64,000 nt of DNA from Rickettsiales bacterium (lineage in GTDB: Bacteria; Pseudomonadota; Alphaproteobacteria; Rs-D84): the NCBI GenBank assembly GCA_031288835.1, contig JAITQO010000002.1, positions 3,598 to 67,597 on the forward strand. The letters are read 5' to 3'. The number at the start of each line of letters is the position of its first letter. The stretch's first letter is position 1. A model generated the notes under the pieces. It saw only the letters and a program-made list of their open reading frames with translations, searched no databases and was not told the origin of the DNA. The position numbers and the translations under genes are program-made. Below, piece after piece: positions 45,061 to 52,087 of this stretch.

Positions 45061-46845
45061 ATGAAATTATTCCTGTTGCCGACGCGCGAAATGGTTTTTC
45101 AGCCGGATACGACGCTTCCGATGTATTTAGAAAACATGATTTCGGTCAGGGCGGTGGACGCCGCCATCACGGCCAGCGATGAAAAGCTGAAACAAATCGT
45201 TCTGGTCGCGCAAAAAAATTGGAATTATCCGACAAACGCGAGGGACCTATATTCCATTGGGACGCTCGCGAACGTGATGCAGATACTGCGCATGCCCGAC
45301 GACACCATCCAGGTGATGATGCAGACGACCAGGCCCGTAAGATTGTCCGACATTCAGGTAAAGGACGGCATATTTTCTGCGGAATGCGCGCCAATTGAGC
45401 AAACAGACGACGGAAAAGACCCGATTGTTCTCGGCATGCGCGACTCCATCATGTCGGCGATGACTGCGATGGCGGCAAGAACGCCGAATCAAATAGATAT
45501 GAAAAAAATACGGCTGGTGGCGGATACGTATCCGCTGAACGCGTTTATAGACGCGATTATACACGCCGTGGGGATGGAGACGGAGGACGCGCTAGAGATT
45601 CTGTCGAAAAGAACATATCTTGAAAAACTGACGTTCATGCTTGAAAAAATGAAAATGAAAATCCAGCTGAGCAATATAGAAAACGACATATCCAAACGCG
45701 TGAGCTACGCGCTCGCCAACGGGCAAAAGGAAATATTCCTGCGCGAACGGCTGAACGAAATCCAAAAGGCGCTGGGCGAGGACGACGAAGACAGTTCCAA
45801 AACGCTGAAGCAAAAGATTGAAAAATCCAATATACCCGAAGACGTGAAGGAAAAGGCGTTCGCGGAATTGAAAAGAATGAAAAACATGTCCGCCTATTCG
45901 TCGGAGGCGGCGATGCTGAGGACATACCTGGAAGAACTGTTGTCGATGCCGTGGGGGAGGGCGGACAAAACAGAAATCGATTTGGAGGCGGCGAAGGCGA
46001 TTCTGGACACCGACCATTACGGAATGGAAAACGTGAAGGAGCGCATTCTGGAGCATCTGGCGGTGATGAAAAGAACCGGCTCGTCCAAGGGGACGATTCT
46101 TTGCCTTGTCGGCGCGCCCGGCGTCGGGAAGACGTCGCTGGGGCAGTCCGTGGCGAACGCCCTCATGCGAAAATACCAGCGGATTTCGCTTGGCGGCGTT
46201 TCGGACGAGGCGCACTTCCGCGGGCATCGCCGGACATATATCGGCAGTCAGCCCGGGCGGATTATGGACGCGCTGAAGAGGGCCGGAACGAACAACCCGG
46301 TGATAGTTCTCGACGAAATCGACAAAATGGGTCGCGACTATCGCGGAGACCCCGAGCACGCGCTGCTCGAGATTCTGGACCCAGAGCAGAACAAGGCGTT
46401 CCGCGACCACTATTTGGAGGTGGATTTCGATTTGTCGAACGTGATGTTCATCGCCACGGCGAACACGCTGAAAATGTCGCCGGCCCTTTTGGACAGAATG
46501 GAAATCATAGAAATGCCGAACTATTCCGTGGACGAAAAGGTCGAGATTGCGAGGCGGCATCTGCTGAAAAACGCCGCGACGGACACCGGATGGGACATAA
46601 ACGGAATCACCATCGGCGACGACACCATAAAGCACATAATCAACAATTACACGAACGAATCTGGCGTGCGGAACCTCAGGCGCGAATTGACGGCCTTGCT
46701 CCGGCGCGCGCTGTATACGACGAAATGCCAAGAGGACTCGTATGAGTTCACGACGGAAAAAGTCCGCGAGCTGCTGAACAACATACGTCCCGATGTTGGG
46801 CGCAAAATCGGCTTTCGCACCGCGACCCCGGCCGTAAGGCTGTGA
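45061..46845 (+). CDS. lon: Lon-like protein: LON N-domain and AAA+ module, with no S16 protease domain
   Basis: N-domain (LPTREMVFQPDTTLPMYL), Walker A GAPGVGKTS, Walker B VIVLDEIDKMG and lid ESGVRNLRREL. The ORF stops at 594 aa, about where GLAWT of the protease domain would begin. Neither of the other two + strand frames continues the protein. Confidence 0.85.
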   Translation: MKLFLLPTREMVFQPDTTLPMYLENMISVRAVDAAITASDEKLKQIVLVAQKNWNYPTNARDLYSIGTLANVMQILRMPDDTIQVMMQTTRPVRLSDIQVKDGIFSAECAPIEQTDDGKDPIVLGMRDSIMSAMTAMAARTPNQIDMKKIRLVADTYPLNAFIDAIIHAVGMETEDALEILSKRTYLEKLTFMLEKMKMKIQLSNIENDISKRVSYALANGQKEIFLRERLNEIQKALGEDDEDSSKTLKQKIEKSNIPEDVKEKAFAELKRMKNMSAYSSEAAMLRTYLEELLSMPWGRADKTEIDLEAAKAILDTDHYGMENVKERILEHLAVMKRTGSSKGTILCLVGAPGVGKTSLGQSVANALMRKYQRISLGGVSDEAHFRGHRRTYIGSQPGRIMDALKRAGTNNPVIVLDEIDKMGRDYRGDPEHALLEILDPEQNKAFRDHYLEVDFDLSNVMFIATANTLKMSPALLDRMEIIEMPNYSVDEKVEIARRHLLKNAATDTGWDINGITIGDDTIKHIINNYTNESGVRNLRRELTALLRRALYTTKCQEDSYEFTTEKVRELLNNIRPDVGRKIGFRTATPAVRL

Positions 46846-46895
46846 TAAAAAAACTTGAAAATCCGAAAAATATGGTATAACATTGGTTGGCTTAT

Positions 46896-46971
46896 TCGGG
46901 CGTAGTTCAGTCGGTAGAACAATGGACTGTTAATCCACAGGTCGCTGGTTCGAGTCCAGCCGCCCGAGCCA
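46896..46971 (+). tRNA. tRNA-Asn (anticodon GTT)
   Basis: Acceptor TCGGGCG/CGCCCGA, anticodon loop CTGTTAA, T-arm GCTGG-TTCGAGT-CCAGC, discriminator G and encoded CCA. Confidence 0.94.
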
Positions 46972-46979
46972 GATTTTAT

Positions 46980-47004
46980 AACCGCCAGTCAAACGGCGGT
47001 TTTT
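46980..47004 (+). terminator. Intrinsic terminator after tRNA-Asn
   Basis: AACCGCC-AGTCAAAC-GGCGGTT followed by TTT. Confidence 0.6.
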
Positions 47005-47012
47005 GCTTAGAT

Positions 47013-47136
47013 TTCCAAGCCTTTGAGCCGGTTCGTATCATTTCGATAATTATTATTAAAAAAATAGCCTTACACGAACTTTATCGAAACAAATCCAGCA
47101 AATCCAAGCCTTTCAGTGGTTCGAGTCCAACAGGCC
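47013..47136 (+). repeat. Island module copy A (two tRNA-3'-half-like sub-repeats)
   Basis: TTCCAAGCCTTTGAGCCGGTTCGT (47013-47036) and AATCCAAGCCTTTCAGTGGTTCGAGTCCAACAGGCC (47101-47136). The second resembles tRNA-Asn AATCCACAGGTCGCTGGTTCGAGTCCAGC. Confidence 0.7.
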
Positions 47137-47317
47137 TGTTTTGACATTATCGCCTAAAAGTGAAAAGGTTGCGAAATTCACAAACCGGGCAATGCTGATT
47201 CAATCCGCTTAGCCCAATCAGTCAAAAGGTCATTTCATTGGCGTGCGCGTGATTATGGAACTTTTTTAATTGTTTTTATGAAAGCCCTAATATTATAATC
47301 TTAAAAAAGGATTTGAT

Positions 47318-48118
47318 ATGAAAATAGTTGCAATCGGTGGTGGTGAAATCGGCAGAAAGAATGTAATGCCCGATGGTTCCGTATTCCAATATCCTGTTGA
47401 AACCATAGAAATTGAACAAAAGATAATTCGTCTGACAGAAAAGAAAAATCCTAAACTATTGCTATTGGCGACTGCAGCTAATGATTCTGAAATATATCTT
47501 GATACGGTTGAGCGGCATTTCGGGGAACGGCTCGGGTGTATGGTTTCGTGGCTGCAATTGGCGACACAAAATCCGACAGAGAATGAAATCCAAAAAGCTA
47601 TTTTAGAAACCGATATTATTTATGTTGGCGGCGGTAATACAAATAAAATGATACAAATATGGAAAGATAAGGGTGCCGACAAAGTCTTGAAGCAAGCATT
47701 GGACAGCGGAGTTATATTGTCTGGCATATCGGCGGGAGCAAATTGCTGGTTCAAGCATTACAGCACAGACAGCTTGGCGATTGATGCAGGTGTTGAAAAC
47801 GGCACGATGTTATCTATAGCCGACGGGCTTGGGTTTATAAATGGTGTTTGTGTTCCACATACTATGAGCGAGCCTGCTCGTGTTCCCTATGCGAAAGAAA
47901 TGTTGATGACAAAATATCCGAATGATGTTTTTTATGGTATTGATGATTTTACCGCTTTGATTTTTGAGAATGGAAAAATGCGGTCTCTTGTCAGTGCAAC
48001 CGGCAAAGAAAAAGGTGCCAAGGTTCGCAGGCTTTCAATGGCAAATGGGCAAGTCGTTGAGAGTGTAATTTCAACCACTCCCCAGCCTTTCTTTGAAAAG
48101 TCTGATTTCTGTCGTTAA
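47318..48118 (+). CDS. Peptidase S51 (dipeptidase E / cyanophycinase-like) family protein
   Basis: KIVAIGGGEIG..., IIYVGGGNT, nucleophile elbow LSGISAGANCW and a downstream CVPH. AT-rich gene. Confidence 0.82.
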   Translation: MKIVAIGGGEIGRKNVMPDGSVFQYPVETIEIEQKIIRLTEKKNPKLLLLATAANDSEIYLDTVERHFGERLGCMVSWLQLATQNPTENEIQKAILETDIIYVGGGNTNKMIQIWKDKGADKVLKQALDSGVILSGISAGANCWFKHYSTDSLAIDAGVENGTMLSIADGLGFINGVCVPHTMSEPARVPYAKEMLMTKYPNDVFYGIDDFTALIFENGKMRSLVSATGKEKGAKVRRLSMANGQVVESVISTTPQPFFEKSDFCR

Positions 48119-48140
48119 ACTTTGAAAATCCTTGCTTTCA

Positions 48141-48325
48141 TTGGCTCGGAAATTGCAAGCTGTGCCGAGCCAAGTTTTACAAGACCTCTTAAAAAGGGTC
48201 TTTTTTGTTTGTTTTCCAAGCCTTTGGACTGGTTCGTGCATATACTATTAAAAAAGTGCAGTTTTTCATCCAACACGAATCCGTCCTTAGAAATCCAAGC
48301 TTTTTCTGGCTCGTGTCCAGTTGGC
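48141..48325 (+). repeat. Island module copy B
   Basis: GGCTCGGAAATTGCAAGCTGTGCCGAGCCAAGTTTTACAA (tRNA 3'-end mimic), hairpin terminator AAGACCTCTTAAAAAGGGTCTTTTTT, then TTCCAAGCCTTTGGACTGGTTCGTG and AATCCAAGCTTTTTCTGGCTCGTGTCCAGTTGGC. Confidence 0.7.
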
Positions 48326-48784
48326 TTATTTTTCATTGATTTTGATAATTTGCTGTTTATAATTGCTATTACAAAATAAGCGGAGTGAATTTTATAATGA
48401 TTTATGTAATAACAGGATTGCCTATTATAGCGTATAATTTATTTGATATTGGCACTATGGATAACCTTATGAAATATCTGATAATAATAAGGCCATAAAC
48501 TATCCTGATGAATGCCATAATTGTAAAACAATCAAAGAGGCCAACGATTTATCTAAAACTATTGCAAAAGAAGAAAAGGTAAAAGAAGAACAACGCGAAA
48601 AGCAAATGACCACAAAAGATAAACTTATCAACAAGTTTATCAAAATCGCCATTTATTCTGTTTTTATAATAATCTTTGCAGTTATAATTAACTATATAAA
48701 ATAGAAGGCAATACTTCCGTATTCTCTCTTATTTTCTGATTGAAAAGTTTAATCTCTTGGATTAAAGTTGAAAATGTGTCCGGA

Positions 48785-48971
48785 TCGTCAGCTCGTAAAT
48801 TGCAAGACGACGCGAGCCAGGTTATACAACCGCGCCATCAAGGCGCGGTTTTTCTTTATCACCTTGGCTTTGGACTGGTTCGTGTTAAGGTTCTTAAAAG
48901 TTGCCGTTTTTTGACTTGATACGAACTTGCCTTTGGAAAACCAAGGCTTTTCTAGCTCGTGCCCAACTGGC
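48785..48971 (+). repeat. Island module copy C
   Basis: GCTCGTAAATTGCAAGACGACGCGAGCCAGGTTATACAA, hairpin AACCGCGCCATCAAGGCGCGGTTTTT, then CCTTGGCTTTGGACTGGTTCGTG and AACCAAGGCTTTTCTAGCTCGTGCCCAACTGGC. Confidence 0.7.
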
Positions 48972-48979
48972 TCTTGCAA

Positions 48980-49483
48980 TTATTTGCTGAATAATTTTTC
49001 TTTTAATTCTTGTTGATGTAAAAATATATTTTTATTATTCCACAGTTCAACAGGCTTATTGGTTAAACTTTTTGAAAAAATAACCGTGGTATCCATAAAA
49101 CTATGAACATCTTCTTTGGTATAATATTTTTCCATAGTCATACCAATTCTATGATAAAACTTGATAGCATCTGCATTTTCAATTAAATCGGTATAAAGTC
49201 TGGCAGTTTTTAGCCCCATTTTCTTTGATGCGGCCAGCCAAAATTCAAAAGCCTGTTTTGCGAATCCTTGCCCCTGTATTCTGGCAATATACCGAACCAT
49301 CCAAGCCAAGAATCATCAGGATAAGGCAAATCAACATCCCAGAGGGGGCATTTTTAATATTTGGGCCGATATCGGAAAAAACAGTTCGCGGCAAAGCCGC
49401 ACTGATTCGCATAAATGCAGGATTATGCGGGCTGCGTTATTTAGATTTTCGGTCCGGAAAGTTGCATTTGCCTGGAATTGCAT
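48980..49483 (-). pseudogene. GNAT-family acetyltransferase disrupted by two frameshifts
   Basis: Three consecutive reading-frame segments on the minus strand. First, MQFQANATFRTENLNNAARIILHLCESVRLCRELFFPISAQILK.. ends in a stop at 49331-49333. Second, ..CPLWDVDLPYPDDSWLGWFGILPEYRGKG. Third, from about 49265, FAKQAFEFWLAASKKMGLKTARLYTD...FYHRIGM. Joined, they give a normal ~168-aa GNAT with the (Q/R)xxGxG/A motif split by the second frameshift. Confidence 0.6.
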
Positions 49484-49489
49484 TATAAT
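49462..49489 (+). promoter_or_regulatory. Candidate promoter for the HD-domain gene
   Basis: TTGCAT, 16-nt spacer, TATAAT. The -10 lies in the palindrome CATTATAATG, which also contains the pseudogene's ATG on the other strand. Confidence 0.45.
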
Positions 49490-49536
49490 GCCCCGAAAAG
49501 CGCGACAGCGCGCGATAATACGAAGGGAATGAAGCG

Positions 49537-50670
49537 ATGGCGAAAGCGCCGAATTTGAAAAATGGAATCAGAGGCATACTGGAAAAACTGGAAGAGCAGG
49601 GCACAATCATGAAATATCCGGTTAAAATCCGGCCGCTGGTCATCAACAACGCGGAGCGCAAGGAAAACGAGCCCGCGGTATACAACTTGTATGCCTTCGA
49701 ATTTCCGAAAGGCTTTATGCCGCTGAATTCGATCGGGCGGGCGATGGCTTTGTCGTCCGGATTGAACAGGGTTATGTCAGAACGGTTGGACAGCATAATT
49801 GCATCGGCGCCGGACGATGTGGCGGCGAAGGCGGGCAGGCTTAAGAACTGGTCTTACAAAAAGACGAGCGAACATCCGCAAGAGGTCGTGGCGGAGGCTG
49901 AAAAAATCGCGTCGTCGGCCGAATTCAATTCTGCGTTCAAGGGGACGAACATCGCCGATTTAATTAGGCTGGCAAGGATAAACGCGTATGTTCACGACAT
50001 AGGAAGGCAGGGCGAAATAGATTTGTTGAACCTATGTTCGGTCGAATTGTCGTCGATATACGGAAAGGGAAAAGACCATGCGTTTGAAAGTTGGAAAATT
50101 TTGAAGACCGCCGGCGTGGCCGACCAGAGGATTCTCTTGCCCGTGAGATACCACGGGCTGATGGCTTACAAGGACGAGTTGGAGGCAGACCCCGATTACG
50201 CGAATTTGCCCGATGCGGGAAAAGAAGAGATGATTCGCCACATCGACTGCCTCCGCGACGCGGACAAAAGGGCGAACCTCATATCCAAGGCCATGAACGG
50301 CATGAAGGGCGTGGGCGAACTGAATAATCCGAGATACAAGGGCGATTACGATATAACTCCGGAAGCGCTGGACGGCGTTGTCAACGGGACATTCTGCGAC
50401 GTAAAGAAGGAATCGCATTACCTGGACGCCATGCTTCGCTGGCTGTCATGGTTCGACCAATTGGTCTATAAGGACGCCGGCGCGATGAAACTGAACGCCG
50501 AATTGTGGAGCAGGACGTTCGAGGAGGCGAAGATGGAATTCGCCGCGTCGAATGACAAAAACAAGGCGCCGTTTGAAAGGACGAGCGCGCTGCTGAAAAA
50601 GGCGCGCGCGGCCCAGACGCAAAGGCTGTTCGGCAACCAGATGTCGCGGCTGCGCGGACGCGAAAGATAG
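49537..50670 (+). CDS. HD-domain phosphohydrolase-like protein with unrecognised N-terminal extension
   Basis: RBS GAAGGGA. HD-type residues in order: INAYVHDIGR, KDHAFESWKIL, VRYHG and CLRDADKRANL. The first ~150 aa are unrecognised. Confidence 0.72.
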   Translation: MAKAPNLKNGIRGILEKLEEQGTIMKYPVKIRPLVINNAERKENEPAVYNLYAFEFPKGFMPLNSIGRAMALSSGLNRVMSERLDSIIASAPDDVAAKAGRLKNWSYKKTSEHPQEVVAEAEKIASSAEFNSAFKGTNIADLIRLARINAYVHDIGRQGEIDLLNLCSVELSSIYGKGKDHAFESWKILKTAGVADQRILLPVRYHGLMAYKDELEADPDYANLPDAGKEEMIRHIDCLRDADKRANLISKAMNGMKGVGELNNPRYKGDYDITPEALDGVVNGTFCDVKKESHYLDAMLRWLSWFDQLVYKDAGAMKLNAELWSRTFEEAKMEFAASNDKNKAPFERTSALLKKARAAQTQRLFGNQMSRLRGRER

Positions 50671-50701
50671 ATTATGAACAAAAAAATCGTTGGGGATTGC
50701 C

Positions 50702-50731
50702 GGCTCGATAATTGCAAGCTATCCCGAGCCA
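50702..50731 (+). repeat. Island module copy D (first element only)
   Basis: GGCTCGATAATTGCAAGCTATCCCGAGCCA followed by ATAATTTATAA. Confidence 0.6.
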
Positions 50732-50840
50732 ATAATTTATAATATCAAAAAAATTAAACGCCGATAAACCGAAATCTATCAACAACGCATACGGGAAGTG
50801 GCAAACCGCGCCCGTAGCACCGAAAGAACAGGAGGACGAT

Positions 50841-51071
50841 ATGACAGATACGAACAAAAAAACGCCGAAAAAAGGAATCCGGAAATGGCATGGTATTTCC
50901 GCAAACGTTCCGTTTTATTCCGAAACGGCAAGGGATGATATGTATTACAACATAATGATAAGAGGCAGAGAGCCGCTGAATATCAAATGTATAAAACACG
51001 GAGAATATCTGCAGGATGTGCGCGAAAGGGGGATAAAGCCCCGGGTGACAAGACCCGGCAGGCATAAATGA
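50841..51071 (+). CDS. Small basic hypothetical protein (76 aa)
   Basis: Strong AGGAGG RBS 7 nt upstream of the ATG. No motif recognised. Confidence 0.55.
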   Translation: MTDTNKKTPKKGIRKWHGISANVPFYSETARDDMYYNIMIRGREPLNIKCIKHGEYLQDVRERGIKPRVTRPGRHK

Positions 51072-51138
51072 ACCAAAACGGGCGTAAAAATAAGAGCCGC
51101 GGCGAAAGACGGCGAAAGACAAATTAAATTACTTTTTT

Positions 51139-52074
51139 TTGATATTGGAAAATATTCCTGTATCATTGCGGCAAAAGATAGGGCAAATGGACACCGCTTC
51201 TTACAAATCGGAAATCTACCAATATCTGCATCCCGAAGGCACTCTGGGATACATGCTTGAAAAAATGCGATACAGGCGGAAAAACGAATTCCTGCGAAAA
51301 ATCCGCGATAATATCAAATGGCTTAATCTGGACGAGATGGCGGCCATGACCGTTCTTGGCAAAATCCGGGCGCAAATATCGGGATACAAGAGCATGCTCG
51401 AAAGCAAAAGGATGTCCGGGGCGGAAATATGCAAGGGCGTCGACAATCTGATGAGTCAGACCTCTTGGGTTTACAAAAAGGCGGGCGGGCGCAAAACATT
51501 GACGCAGCCCAAGAGCGGGCCGCAAAAATCGCGAATCGTCAAAACCGATTCCGAAACGCAGATATTCGCGAGCGAAAAGGAATGGATTGAGAGCATATAT
51601 ATGCTTCTGCCGGCGGACAGGCAGAACGAAAACTACTCCATGGTCGAATTCCGCGGAGAAAAAACGGAATTGGGATACGACCCGAACGGACGCGGGGAAT
51701 ATTCCCAATTTATCCGCCCGAACGCCGCCGCGAACGAAATAAACTTCGTCTACGGCGGCAGGCGCCCCGACACGACGCTAATATGCGCGACGCTGCGCAG
51801 CCGGATTGCCGGCGCAATGAAGATAGGCGGGGGATTCTTTGTAAAGTTCGACGACATGTCGCCGGATTATTTCAGTTCCGCCTTCATAAAGGCGATGGCA
51901 ATCGTGTATTCTGAAAATCCGGCCGATTATCTGCAAACGGTGGGCGGGCTGGTCATAAACGGGAAAGAGCGCGACATATCCCTGGTTCTGCGCCTCGTAG
52001 ACCTTAAGAAAGCGGAAAAATCCCGCAATATCGCGCTGAAAAGGCGCATAAGCGAAATGGCGCGCGCCGCGTGA
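51139..52074 (+). CDS. Hypothetical protein (about 300 aa, start uncertain)
   Basis: Long ORF with ordinary codon usage. The track start is a TTG, and the first ATG is at 51187 (MDTASYKSE). No motif recognised. Confidence 0.6.
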   Translation: MILENIPVSLRQKIGQMDTASYKSEIYQYLHPEGTLGYMLEKMRYRRKNEFLRKIRDNIKWLNLDEMAAMTVLGKIRAQISGYKSMLESKRMSGAEICKGVDNLMSQTSWVYKKAGGRKTLTQPKSGPQKSRIVKTDSETQIFASEKEWIESIYMLLPADRQNENYSMVEFRGEKTELGYDPNGRGEYSQFIRPNAAANEINFVYGGRRPDTTLICATLRSRIAGAMKIGGGFFVKFDDMSPDYFSSAFIKAMAIVYSENPADYLQTVGGLVINGKERDISLVLRLVDLKKAEKSRNIALKRRISEMARAA

Positions 52075-52087
52075 ACGCCGCGGCGCG

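Noticed and set aside
48115-48979. Two minus-strand ORFs (48115-48336 and 48788-48979) whose products resemble each other (PTGHEPEKAWISKDGF... versus PVGHELEKPWFSKGKF...), so they look like a small paralogous gene family.
   Set aside because: They coincide exactly with island module copies B and C, and each runs through the module's terminator hairpin and tRNA-like segments. The similarity is explained by the DNA repeat. There is no RBS or start context.
46972-50745. Whether the repeated modules are a CRISPR array or integron attC sites.
   Set aside because: It is not CRISPR. The repeats are about 200 bp, diverged and irregularly spaced (0.5-1.9 kb), with genes between them and no cas genes. 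It is not a classical integron either. I found no intI and no obvious RYYYAAC/GTTRRRY cores, and one cassette is on the opposite strand. I report it as tRNA-derived direct repeats instead.
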